A DNA stretch of 64,000 nt from Acidobacteriota bacterium (GTDB lineage Bacteria > Acidobacteriota > Polarisedimenticolia > J045), in assembly GCA_046331425.1 (NCBI GenBank), contig JAXLQU010000013.1:24458-88457 (forward strand), in the 5' to 3' direction. Within the stretch, counting starts at the first letter, position 1. Each line of letters begins with the position of its first letter. The notes beneath the pieces are model-generated. The model was not told the DNA's origin and made no database searches. It saw nothing but the letters and a program-made list of their open reading frames with translations. The translations under genes were made by a program, and so were the position numbers. Below are positions 37,480 through 47,566 of this stretch, piece by piece.

Positions 37480-38291
37480 ACGCTCAACTGACCATCGAAG
37501 AAATCTGGCGTCGATACGACGCCATCGAGGCGCGCCTCACCGCTCCCGTCAGCGAGCGCATGCTCGATCTCGCCAACCTCCAGTCCGGCATGCATCTGCT
37601 CGACCTCGCGACCGGTCGCGGAGAACCGGCGATTCGCGCCGCGCATCGCGTCGCGCCGCATGGCTCCGTCGTCGGGATCGAGCCCTCCGACACGATGCTG
37701 CAAATGGCGAGGCAGCGCGCCGACCGCGAAGGGATCACCAACCTCGATCTACGCGCTGCTAGCGCGGAGTCGCTTACGGGAATCCCGCACAACCACTTCC
37801 ACGCAACCACGATTCGCTGGGGCCTGATGTACATGACGCAGCCGGTTACAGCGCTGGAAAATGCGCACCGCGCACTGTCGTCCGCCGGTGTGCTGGTCGC
37901 AGCGCTGTGGGCTGAGCCCGAGCGCGTGCCGTACTTCACGCTGCCGCGACAGCTCTTGCAGCGATACAAACCGCTGACGCCGATCGACCCTGAAGCGCCG
38001 GGGACGTTTCGCTACGCAACCATCGAGCGTATCGAACGCGACCTCGCGAGCGCGGGCTTCGCGCTCGATCACGTCGAAGAGCTGGATGTCCCGGTGTTCG
38101 AAGCGCAAACCGCGGAGGAGATGGTTGCGTGGGTGCGCGCGTTTGGGATGACGCCGTTGTTGAACGACTTGCCGGAGGATCGGCAGATAGCATGGGAGCA
38201 GGAGTTCACCCATGAAATGGAGGGCAGTCGGGTGAACGGTGTGATGCGCTTGGGCGGCGTGACGCGGATCGTTCGCGCGGTGCCGCGTTAG
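37477..38291 (+). CDS. Class I SAM-dependent methyltransferase
   Basis: LLDLATGRGEPAIRAA… and VLVAALWAEPE. Start is uncertain (TTG 37477; the track ORF is 37419). Confidence 0.62.
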
Positions 38292-38638
38292 CTGTGAGAC
38301 GGTCGAGCTCTCATGGGCGACGGTCATCGCTGATTAGGAAGTCCCGCCGGCACTGAGCCCCGCACGTTCGCCCGTTCACAATCAGTGCAAGTGCGACTAC
38401 GCTTCGCCCATGGCATTTGACGCTGGGCTTTGCGAACGAATTCGCGACGTCATCAATGACCGACCTGGAAACTTGGATGTCGATCTGCCTGGAGTTCGTA
38501 GCGACGTTGCCGCGCAAGGCGCCGAAGTGAGCATGTAGCGCCGACGTCGTCGCGATCATTACGGCGACGCACGAATGGGCGGCGCTCTCAGGTAGTCGGC
38601 CGCTGGGAAAGAAGTGAATCGATTCGGAGGTCACACCG

Positions 38639-39181
38639 GTGAACTTTGAGATTGAGCACGCCACACACGTCCTGCGCCGCACACCGGCAACACTCGTCGC
38701 GCTTCTGGATGAGCTGCCCGAACCGTGGATTCGCGGCAACGAAGGCCCCGACACCTTCAGCCCGTTCGACGTCGTGGGCCATTTGATCGATGGCGAAGAA
38801 ACCGACTGGATCCCGCGGGCCAAGATCATCTTGGCCCAGGCTCCCAACTCTCAATTCGAACCGTACGATCGCTTTCGACACAAGACTCGCAATCTGGGCC
38901 GCTCGATGCATTCACTACTCACGGAGTTCTCACAAGTGCGGTTGGCGAACCTCGAGTTGCTCAACTCGTGGAAGCTCTCCCCCGCTCAGTTGGAGCTGCA
39001 GGGCGTGCATCCGACGCTCGGCCGCGTGTCGCTGCATCAGCTATTGGCGACATGGGTCGCGCATGACCTTGGGCACATCGCGCAGATCAGCCGCGTGATG
39101 GCCAAGCAATACCGCGACGCTGTCGGACCTTGGATTCAGTTTCTTCCGGTACTTACCGACCGTGAGCGCCCCGCGTCATAA
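38639..39181 (+). CDS. DinB/YfiT-like family protein (DinB_2)
   Basis: 180 aa. FDVVGHLIDGEETDW… and HDLGHIAQISR are His-rich DinB-fold motifs. Confidence 0.7.
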   Translation: MNFEIEHATHVLRRTPATLVALLDELPEPWIRGNEGPDTFSPFDVVGHLIDGEETDWIPRAKIILAQAPNSQFEPYDRFRHKTRNLGRSMHSLLTEFSQVRLANLELLNSWKLSPAQLELQGVHPTLGRVSLHQLLATWVAHDLGHIAQISRVMAKQYRDAVGPWIQFLPVLTDRERPAS

Positions 39182-39463
39182 CCTCGATGCAAGCCGCGAC
39201 ACGCGCGCCCGGCTCGAAGAGAACGAAATGTCGCATCACACCGTCGGAAGGGTTGATGCCGACTTGGTTTGGGTCAACCCAATCGAAGGCAGTTGCGATA
39301 GAACGATTCTCGAGTCGAAGCTTCGCCTGCTGGCAGACATATTCGACCGTAACGTTCATTGCAACGAAGCCGAAATCCACGACGAAGTGGCAACGGCTGG
39401 ATCTGGTGCCTGCGTAGTTGGAATAGACTTCGATCTCACGAGCACGAAACGCACGGGAGTCCA

Positions 39464-41008
39464 ATGCCGCATCGCAGCTTCCTCTTCTTACTGATCCTCA
39501 CCGCCTTCGGTCATCCGGCTCCGGCACAAACCGAACCTTCAACAACGGCGCCCAAGACGAATCGTATCACCCGAGACACAGTGCTCCGCTCGGCCGATCT
39601 GCGCGCCGACCTCGCCGTTTTGCAACGAGCGTACGAGGCGCTGCATCCTGGGCTTTATCGTTACAGCACGCAGGCGCAGGTCAGATCGCGATTCAGAGAT
39701 CTCGACACGTACTTCTCAACCGACCGTACCTTGGCCGAAGCGTTCCTCGCTCTCACGCGGCTGACCGCCAGCATCAAGTGCGGCCACAGCTACCCCAATT
39801 TCTACAATCAAACAGAGCCGATTGCGGAGGCGCTGTTCGAGGGACGCAACAAACTCCCGTTCGCGTTTCGATGGATCTTAGGTCGAATGATCGTAACGGA
39901 TGATCGTTCGCCACAAGCACTGCCACGCGGTACCGCGGTTTTGTCCATCAATGGCGTGGACACGTCGAAGATCCTTCAGTCGCTCATGCCATTGGCACGT
40001 GCCGACGGTGGCAACGACGCCAAGCGAGTCACGTATCTGGAGGTACGAGGCAAGGAACGGTACTTCGCGTTTGACATTCTTTTTCCGCTCGTCTTCCCGG
40101 TACACGAACCTTCCTTCACGCTCGTCGTACGGCGGCCAGGCGCTCGCGCAGCCGAAACGGTGCAGGTCCCTGCAATCGACGGCGCCGAGCGTCGTGCCGC
40201 TGCTGATCCCAAAACGGAGCTTGCTCCGGACGCGCCGCTCTGGTCATACGAAGAACAGGATGGATTTGGCGTCCTTCGCATGCCGACTTGGGCGCTCTAC
40301 AACAGCAAGTGGGACTATCGCGCGTGGATGGAAACACTCTTTGCCGACTTGGAGACGCGTAACGTCAGCGACTTGGTGGTTGACTTGCGCGACAACGAAG
40401 GCGGCTTGAATGCCGGCAATCAGATCCTGGCGCATCTGATCGACCAGCCACTTCGGCTGCCTCGCTATCAGAGGCATGTGCGGTATCGACGCGTGCCGGA
40501 GGATCTTGTGCCGGTACTGGATACGTGGGATCCGTCGTTTCTCGACTGGGGCGCTGCTGCAATCGAGTCTTCCTACGCTACGTTCTATCGCGTCACCACG
40601 TGGGACGACGAGGACGGTGACGAGATCGTCAAGCCCGCGGCGCCGCGCTATCGCGGGCGAGTGTGGGTGTTGGTGGGGGCGGTGAACAGCTCGGCAACAT
40701 TCCAATTCGCCCTGGCGGTGAAGCAAAGCGGCGTTGCGACATTGATCGGCCAATCGACCGGTGGGAATCGACGCGGGATCAACGGCAGTGCCTTCTTCTT
40801 CGTGCGTTTGCCAAAGACCGGGTTGGAAGTCGACTTGCCTCTGGTAGCTGGCTTCCCCGACACGCCACAACCGGATGCCGGGGTGGTGCCCGATGTTGTT
40901 GTGAAGCCAAGCGCTGCCGACATTGCTGCGGGAATCGATTCGGAGCTTGCGGCAGCGCGATCGCAAATGCGCCCCCAGGCAATTCGCACCAAGCCGCGCA
41001 TAAGATGA
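39464..41008 (+). CDS. S41 family peptidase (C-terminal processing / tail-specific protease-like) with signal peptide
   Basis: Signal MPHRSFLFLLILTAFG. DLRDNEGGLNAGNQILAHL and the LIGQSTGGNRRG (serine) region are typical of S41. Confidence 0.72.
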   Translation: MPHRSFLFLLILTAFGHPAPAQTEPSTTAPKTNRITRDTVLRSADLRADLAVLQRAYEALHPGLYRYSTQAQVRSRFRDLDTYFSTDRTLAEAFLALTRLTASIKCGHSYPNFYNQTEPIAEALFEGRNKLPFAFRWILGRMIVTDDRSPQALPRGTAVLSINGVDTSKILQSLMPLARADGGNDAKRVTYLEVRGKERYFAFDILFPLVFPVHEPSFTLVVRRPGARAAETVQVPAIDGAERRAAADPKTELAPDAPLWSYEEQDGFGVLRMPTWALYNSKWDYRAWMETLFADLETRNVSDLVVDLRDNEGGLNAGNQILAHLIDQPLRLPRYQRHVRYRRVPEDLVPVLDTWDPSFLDWGAAAIESSYATFYRVTTWDDEDGDEIVKPAAPRYRGRVWVLVGAVNSSATFQFALAVKQSGVATLIGQSTGGNRRGINGSAFFFVRLPKTGLEVDLPLVAGFPDTPQPDAGVVPDVVVKPSAADIAAGIDSELAAARSQMRPQAIRTKPRIR

Positions 41009-41015
41009 GAGCGAA

Positions 41016-41543
41016 ATGAAAGTCGCCGTTGTGGCCTATCCGCGGCTCGCCGCAGCCGACCGTGAGCGAATCGAGTCGTTCCGACAGCGGCACGATCCCC
41101 AGGCGTCTCGACTTGGCGTGCATTTCACCTTGGTGTTCCCGTGCGAGATGCAGCCAGACCACGTGAGTCAGGAAATCGCGAGCGTGGCCCAAGAGACATC
41201 GCCCATTACGTTTGTTGTCCGTAGGGCGGAACTGGTACGTGATGTGTTCGGAAGCGGCAGTCACGTCTTTCTCACGCCGGGCGATGGCAGCTCGCAGCTC
41301 ACCGAGCTACATGACCGCCTTTATGCCGGCGTGTTCCGCGAGCATCTCCGCGCGGACATACCGTTCACTCCGCACATGACCGTCGCCGCCGCGGAGGACG
41401 TCGAGTCGGGCGAGCGGTTGGTGATCGAACTGGACATCGGCTCACGATTGATCGCCGGTGTAGTTGATTGCATCGAGCTAGTCGATGTGGGCACGCCGCG
41501 CGTCGAGACGATCGCGGCGTACCCACTCGGACTCCGCGTGTGA
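41016..41543 (+). CDS. 2H phosphoesterase superfamily protein (LigT / 2'-5' RNA ligase-like)
   Basis: Two H-x-T motifs: HFTLVF and HMTVAA. Confidence 0.65.
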   Translation: MKVAVVAYPRLAAADRERIESFRQRHDPQASRLGVHFTLVFPCEMQPDHVSQEIASVAQETSPITFVVRRAELVRDVFGSGSHVFLTPGDGSSQLTELHDRLYAGVFREHLRADIPFTPHMTVAAAEDVESGERLVIELDIGSRLIAGVVDCIELVDVGTPRVETIAAYPLGLRV

Positions 41544-41559
41544 AACGTCGGCAGCGCCG

Positions 41560-42372
41560 CTAGGCTCGCGTGATCACCACCTCGAGGTAGTCACTGGGCA
41601 CCACCAACGAATTGGCCCCTCCGCGATTCATGTTGTTAAGCAAGTCGAGCAGATCATGCTCCAGAATCAGTGCCTGGCCTTCAGGCAGCGCTGCGAAGGC
41701 CTTGTGCATCGGCCCATACCATTTGCGAAACGTATCGACGAAATGCTCGGCCGATCGGTAACGAAAGTTGTGGACGCGGGGCGTCACGGAAATCGCCGCG
41801 GCCCGCGCGCCGAACAGCTCACGCAGATGCGACTCCACACCCCACAGTGCTGGTGACTGGACGCCGGCCGGTGGCGGCACGTGGCGACCGAGTGTTTTGA
41901 ACATCTGCCCGACGAAGCTCTCCGGCGTCCAGTTGGCAAGGCCAATGCGGCCGCCGGGTCGACACACGCGCGCCAGCTCGGACGCTGCGAGTTGGTGATT
42001 GGGGCAGAACATCACGCCGAACGTCGACAGCACAGCATCGAACTGCGCCTCTGCGTACGGCAAGTCCTCCGCGTCGGCGACTTGAAACTTTACGTCGAGG
42101 CGCTCCGCGGCGGCGCGCGCCGCCCCGCGCTCGAGCAACGTCGAGACGTAGTCGGTGGAGGTGACGCGACTACCGCGGCGGGCAGCAGCAAGCGTGGCGT
42201 TGCCGTTGCCGGCTGCGACGTCGAGCACGCGCTCATCCCATCGCAGGTCGCACGCTTCGGCTAGCAGCTCGCCGACGAGTTGAATCGTGGTGCCAATGAC
42301 CGCGTAGTCGCCGCTGGCCCAGGCTGTTTGTTGACGCGCTTTGACGGCAAGAAGATCGATCGTAGTGCTCAT
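41560..42372 (-). CDS. Class I SAM-dependent methyltransferase
   Basis: VLDVAAGNGNATLAAARRG, FDAVLSTFGVMF, PGGRIGLANW. Family start MSTTIDLL is at 42372 (the track ORF runs to 42501). Confidence 0.75.
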   Translation of the reverse strand: MSTTIDLLAVKARQQTAWASGDYAVIGTTIQLVGELLAEACDLRWDERVLDVAAGNGNATLAAARRGSRVTSTDYVSTLLERGAARAAAERLDVKFQVADAEDLPYAEAQFDAVLSTFGVMFCPNHQLAASELARVCRPGGRIGLANWTPESFVGQMFKTLGRHVPPPAGVQSPALWGVESHLRELFGARAAAISVTPRVHNFRYRSAEHFVDTFRKWYGPMHKAFAALPEGQALILEHDLLDLLNNMNRGGANSLVVPSDYLEVVITRA

Positions 42373-42960
42373 GGCGTTGTGCTCCCTTTGGTTTCGTTCG
42401 ACGCAGTCTTGGTTTGTCAGGTGATTGGCGGCTGTGTTTGCCTTTTTCTGCAAGGACAATGACTCGGCCAACGACATCTCGCCTTGCCCGGGCGTCGGCA
42501 ATACTTGACTGGGCGTCCAATCGTGCGGCTCGACCCACGGTGCCGATTTCGTCAGCGAGGCCTGGCGCAGTGCGAGCAGTTCCTATTGAGGGTGGGCGCT
42601 GACTCAGACCTGCCTCGATGATCGGGAGTGCAACCAAGTGCAAACAGTCAGCACCTGTCTTTGGTTCGGCGAACAGGTAGCTGACGCCCCGCACTTCTAC
42701 GTTCGTCTCTTCCCTGGCTCCCGGATCATCGACGGAACTGTCAGACGGAACGGTAGTGCCTGTCGAGTTGAGCCTCCCGTGGATCCTGGTCACTTCGGAA
42801 CGGAGGGGGAGCATGGACTCAGCGATGATGTGATTGGCACCCTTGATCTTCGTGTTGAAAACCCTCAGAGTTCCTCGAGTCCGCAGTTTGATCGGCCCGC
42901 TGCGGGTGACCAAAGACTCACTCGTTGGAAGTCCGGTTCGAGCGACAGTAAGGAGAGCCT

Positions 42961-43152
42961 ATGAGTCAGAGCGACAAGACCACACCGCCCGCCAAGCGAC
43001 CGAAGAATGCGCGCCTTGGTATGGGGATGGGAGCCGGCATCGCGTTAGGCGTCGCGCTGGGTGTCTCCATGCATAACATCGGGGTCGGCGTCGCGATTGG
43101 GATCGGGGTCGGACTCGTGATCGGCATCGCCTTCAGGCAAGCATCGAAGTAG
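42961..43152 (+). CDS. Small glycine-zipper membrane protein
   Basis: 63 aa. GMGMGAGIALGVALGVS…GVGVAIGIGVGLVIGIAF. SD GGAGAG upstream. Confidence 0.5.
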   Translation: MSQSDKTTPPAKRPKNARLGMGMGAGIALGVALGVSMHNIGVGVAIGIGVGLVIGIAFRQASK

Positions 43153-43230
43153 AGGAGGCAGTTCTCCTCTAACAAACGCGGCGGGGCGCAAGCCCTGCGA
43201 TACGCTCGCATCGCACCCTGAATTCCTTGT

Positions 43231-44208
43231 CTACGGTGAGGGCTTGTGAGCGCCCACCCGCTGCGCAACCTGTATCGCCAGCTCTTGTAGTTTTTCGCGG
43301 AGGGCGGTCGGTTCGAGCACATCGATCTCGGGACCAACACCAAGTAGCGTGAGTGCGGCATGATCGACGCTTTCGATAGGGAGCGATACGCGCACCCAAC
43401 CATCCGGGTCGGGAGACTCTGCCTGCTCGACCGCTTTCGCCGCGTACGAACCAAGTCGCGATATGCGCTCCAGCCCAACGGGCGAGGCTCGTAGCAATGC
43501 TGCTTGGGGGCGAAGCGATGACTCGAAGCGCTCCAACGCGGTTGCCCAGTGGCTTGGTAGATCGAAATCGGCGGGTCGCTCGAAGGCTTCGTTTCGCACG
43601 ACCTGCGACCGAATGTTCGACACCTTGAAGATGCGACACTCGCTGTCGCTGCGCGCGACCAAGTACCAAGCGCCGGCCTTCAGCACCAAACCAAGCGGCT
43701 CGACCACCCAGTCGCGTGTACCTCGCCAGCTTTGATAGGTCATCGCCACCACGTTCTGGTCCAACACCGCGCGCGCGATTGCCGGTAGATGTTTGGCCGA
43801 TTCTGCCGCGCGGTACCAATCAATGGGATCTAGATGAAATCGCGCGGTCATGAGTGCGGCTTCTTTGCTCGAAGCCGCAGGCAACGACGCAAGCACCTTC
43901 CGGCCCGCCTTCGCAGCGGCCGACCCTAAGCCAAGCGCTTCCGCAGGGCCTGGCATGCCGATCATGAAAAGAGCCTCGGCTTCGTCGCTCGCCAACCCCG
44001 TGAGGTTGGTGCGATACCCATCCATCAACTGGAATCCGCCGCCCGGCCCGCGATCGCTCTGCACCGGAATCCCCATTGCGCTGAGCTCGTCGATATCGCG
44101 ATAGATGGTGCGCACCGATACCCCGAACTCCTCGGCCAACGCCTCGGCGGTCAGGCGACCGCGGAGCTGCAAGAGGATCAGGATCGATAGCAGGCGGCTG
44201 GCGCGCAC
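43231..44208 (-). CDS. YafY family transcriptional regulator (HTH plus WYL domain)
   Basis: N-terminal MRASRLLSILILLQLRGRLTAEALAEEFGVSVRTIYRDIDELSAMGIPV; WYL-like region …AGAWYLVARS…. Confidence 0.8.
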   Translation of the reverse strand: MRASRLLSILILLQLRGRLTAEALAEEFGVSVRTIYRDIDELSAMGIPVQSDRGPGGGFQLMDGYRTNLTGLASDEAEALFMIGMPGPAEALGLGSAAAKAGRKVLASLPAASSKEAALMTARFHLDPIDWYRAAESAKHLPAIARAVLDQNVVAMTYQSWRGTRDWVVEPLGLVLKAGAWYLVARSDSECRIFKVSNIRSQVVRNEAFERPADFDLPSHWATALERFESSLRPQAALLRASPVGLERISRLGSYAAKAVEQAESPDPDGWVRVSLPIESVDHAALTLLGVGPEIDVLEPTALREKLQELAIQVAQRVGAHKPSP

Positions 44209-44306
44209 AAAGTGATCTTAGCCGATCAATCCTGACGGTAGGTGTCAGTTGTCGTGTCGTATCTTCGGCAGTCTTGAATACCCAGCCCCCCAGGAGGAGT
44301 GTGCCG

Positions 44307-44927
44307 ATGAGTAGCGATCCTGTAGAGATGCAGCGCAGGAGATTTCTTCAGTCCGCGGCCGGTTTGGCGATTGGCCAGATCGCGCTCGACGCAGTGAGTG
44401 CATTCGCGAACGAACCAAACCAACCCCCCAGCAAGGAGACCAAAGCCGTGGGCGCGACCGTCGGGAAAACACCAGGCAAGCCCGGAGACTTCAACTTTCT
44501 CGCAGGCTCGTGGAAGATCAGTCATCGCCAACTCAAGAAGCCCGGCACCGATGAGTGGGATCTGTTCCAGGGCGAAGCGACCTGCTGGACGATTCTCGGC
44601 GGCGTTGGAAGCATCGAGGAACTGCGCATTCCCGCGCGCAACTTCAGTGGCCTCGGTCTTCGGCTGCTCGATGTCGACAACAAGGTTTGGTACGACTACT
44701 GGGTCAACGCTCGCAGCGGCGTGTTGACGCCGCCCGGTATGCCTGGATCGTTCGAGAACGGCGCAGGGATCTTCATCGCCGATGATGTCGATGGCGACAC
44801 GCCGATCAAGGTGCGCGGTGTGTGGGATCGCATTACGCCGACGTCGTGCCGTTGGCACCAAGCGATTTCACGCGATGGCGGGAAGTCGTGGGAAGAGAAC
44901 TGGTTCATGGATTGGACTCGCGTCTGA
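44307..44927 (+). CDS. DUF1579 domain protein with twin-arginine (Tat) signal
   Basis: MSSDPVEMQRRRFLQSAAGLAIG is a Tat motif. FLAGSWKISHRQ…ISRDGGKSWEENWFMDWTR is DUF1579. Divergent from the YafY regulator gene. Confidence 0.62.
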   Translation: MSSDPVEMQRRRFLQSAAGLAIGQIALDAVSAFANEPNQPPSKETKAVGATVGKTPGKPGDFNFLAGSWKISHRQLKKPGTDEWDLFQGEATCWTILGGVGSIEELRIPARNFSGLGLRLLDVDNKVWYDYWVNARSGVLTPPGMPGSFENGAGIFIADDVDGDTPIKVRGVWDRITPTSCRWHQAISRDGGKSWEENWFMDWTRV

Positions 44928-45964
44928 CGAGAGCGGAGCGGATGGCCGCGATGGAGCGTGCGCCGCGAACTCGAGGGTTGGTGGCAACGACCTGACCTGG
45001 CACTGCGGGCCCGTGGGCTGTTGACTGCGAGTGTGTTCACGGTGAAGCTGCCGCGTCGTTGCAGTCGCGTTGTGAAGCAGTCGGCAATCACTCGAACGAT
45101 GGTGTCGTCGTGGTGGAGCCTTGGTTTGAACCCGGTGTATTGGACCCGACGCGCATCCACACGATGACGATCGAGGCGCGACCTTCGAGTGGTTCGAGTT
45201 GGCCGCGCGGAGGCGGACGGTCGATCGCCTCGGCTATTGTTCGACGACGAGATTCAAGCGCGTGGCGCGATTCGTCATGCGCGCGAGGTGCATGAGCTTG
45301 GGTTGCTCACGACGGCGGAGATGCTGGAGTGCTTCGAGTCCGCAGGACTGGCTGCAACGCACGAGGCTCCGGGGTTGTCGGGGCGCGGGCTTTTCATCGC
45401 GAGAGCGACTTCCGTGTGACTTCCTTGCGGCCACGACGGATGGCTTTCGGCGCGAAGATGTCGCTAACGACATCCACCGAGCGCTCTCGTTACAGTTGGA
45501 GGGCTCCCCATCAGACCTCGATTTCATTCGAAAAGAAGAGCGCCAGCTTTCGGTGGCCGAATCGACTCCGGTCTCCAGCACTCGAGCGAGGGTGCGCGAT
45601 CAACCATCGTGTGATGCTCGCCACACTCTGATCCGGTCGAAGTCGATTGCGCAACTGATGATCGTTGCGGGAATCGCCTCGAGATCTCTCAGTCGATACT
45701 TGTCTCGTAGTAGCACGTTGATCGTTGGCTCGTCCATGCCAAGGGCACTGATCAAGCAGGCAGAGAATGCATCAAAGTGCTTGGGACCGAAGATACCGTC
45801 AGGCACGTCGACCCGTAGGGTCAGAGACGAACCCGGCCACGTGTCATCGACCTGAGTGCCCAGAACTTCTTTAGCGCTGCGGGGTTCCCACTGACCTTCC
45901 GGCATGACTCCTCCCAACTCGCCGGAATACTACGAGATTCCGGGGGCCGCGTGGAGCATGCCAT

Positions 45965-47566
45965 TCACAGCAGGATCATGTCGCAAAGCTCGTCGAGCCC
46001 CGCGAACATACCCGGCCCCAAGTCATGCAACCGCTCGATGCGCGTCCCGACCGGCTCCCACGTTTGCACCTCGATCGGCTCGAACGGCAGCGACTTACGA
46101 AAGTACATCGTGTACGCGTAGCGTCGTACCAGATCGCGATCGGGGTGGAATAGCTCCGTGCCGTCGGCCAAGCGCGCGAGCGTGTCGAAGTACTCGATGC
46201 GCGACGATGGCGACAGCACGATTCCGGGTTTGCCGTAATGCACCTGAGCGCCCGTGGTCATGACTGTCTTGCCTTGCAGCGCCATCTCCAACCCGACCGT
46301 CGATGTGTTGACCAGTCCAATGTCGATCAGCCGGTAGAGCACGAAGGGGCTGATCGGATCATCGGGTGCAATCAGCCGAACGTTGGCGGGCAGCGACTCG
46401 TACCGCTTGGCGAGCATCGTGGCGATGCGCCAGTCCTGCGGCGTCTGCTCGACGAAACGGCTTTCTGCGGGATGTGCCTTGACCAGTAGCAATACATCGT
46501 GGTGCTCCGCCGCCCACGCCACCAACGATTCGAGCCATTCGAACATGTCCTCGAACGCGCCTTGTGTTTCGGGCTCGGCAGCGTCGAACGCCACGTTGGC
46601 GAATGCGCCGAGGATGCGACGCCAGCGCGTGCTGGCTAGGTCGTGCCGTTGCATGAACGCCGCTTGATCTTGATTGATCTGTTCGAAGTACTGCGTAAAG
46701 TCGGCGCGGTTGTCCTCGCGCGTGGCGAGATACTCGTCGAGCTGCCGCTCCTCGTCGGCACTCAGCGGAACGTCGCTCCATGCAGGCCAGATGTCGTCGC
46801 AGTGCAGGCGACGCTCCATGTTCTTTTGGCAGATCAGAGTATTGGCGCGCCAGCCGCCGCCGTAGATCACGCTGGGGATGTTCATCGCCCGCGCCAGCGC
46901 GCTCCAGGGTCCCCACGTCGCGTACACGCCGTGCGAGCTGAACACCGTGTCGGGGCGCAGCGTTTCGAACATGCGCCGCGCTCCTTCGGTCATCAGCAGG
47001 GCGGTGGCCAGGTTGCGCCGCATCATCGACGCCATTTGCGGGTCTTCAAGATTGAGCCGCCCGGCGCGAAAGTAACGCAACGTCGAGCCAAACACGAAGC
47101 GGCCCAGCGCGATGCCGGCGTGGTGGACATCGAGAATTCGATCCAATGGAGTTTGCTGCGCAAGTCGCTTCAGCGCGGCGGAGGTGGGTGCATCGAGCCA
47201 CTCGCTGGTTTTGAGCACCGGCAGGCCGAGCCCTTGCAGTTGCTCATCACCGTGATGCACGCAGCTTTGACACATCGACACGCTATCGTGATCGAAGGTG
47301 CGGGCATCACACGCCTCGTACCCGTCGCAGAGCACGAGCGCCACATCGGCACCGCGTTGGCGCAGGGCGTGTGCAATGAACCCTTCGCGCACAGCGAACA
47401 GCTCGCTCGCGCCGACAAGCATCGGGATCAGCACGCGTGGCCGTTGACCAATCGAAAGCGCTGACGGACGCTCCGGCATGCCGGCCGCCATCAGGCGCGC
47501 GAACTCGTTGCGCCAGGCGGCCGCGCCTCGAACCTCGCGCATCGTGGTCAGCGTTTGGGTCATCAT
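45965..47566 (-). CDS. Capsule-polysaccharide-biosynthesis-like protein (KpsS/KpsC-type domain, tentative), coupled to the upstream four-domain gene
   Basis: 533 aa from ATG 47566, which overlaps the upstream stop 47565-47563 (ATGA). The track ORF is extended to 48157 through a spurious N-terminus. Family assignment is by weak resemblance only. Confidence 0.45.
   Translation of the reverse strand: MMTQTLTTMREVRGAAAWRNEFARLMAAGMPERPSALSIGQRPRVLIPMLVGASELFAVREGFIAHALRQRGADVALVLCDGYEACDARTFDHDSVSMCQSCVHHGDEQLQGLGLPVLKTSEWLDAPTSAALKRLAQQTPLDRILDVHHAGIALGRFVFGSTLRYFRAGRLNLEDPQMASMMRRNLATALLMTEGARRMFETLRPDTVFSSHGVYATWGPWSALARAMNIPSVIYGGGWRANTLICQKNMERRLHCDDIWPAWSDVPLSADEERQLDEYLATREDNRADFTQYFEQINQDQAAFMQRHDLASTRWRRILGAFANVAFDAAEPETQGAFEDMFEWLESLVAWAAEHHDVLLLVKAHPAESRFVEQTPQDWRIATMLAKRYESLPANVRLIAPDDPISPFVLYRLIDIGLVNTSTVGLEMALQGKTVMTTGAQVHYGKPGIVLSPSSRIEYFDTLARLADGTELFHPDRDLVRRYAYTMYFRKSLPFEPIEVQTWEPVGTRIERLHDLGPGMFAGLDELCDMILL

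Noticed and set aside
39153-39494. Two overlapping ~105-aa ORFs on opposite strands (39162..39494 + and 39153..39464 -) between DinB and the S41 peptidase
   Set aside because: Neither has a recognisable motif, an SD or a clear start. They mutually overlap and cannot both be real. Treated as an intergenic region and promoter for the S41 peptidase.
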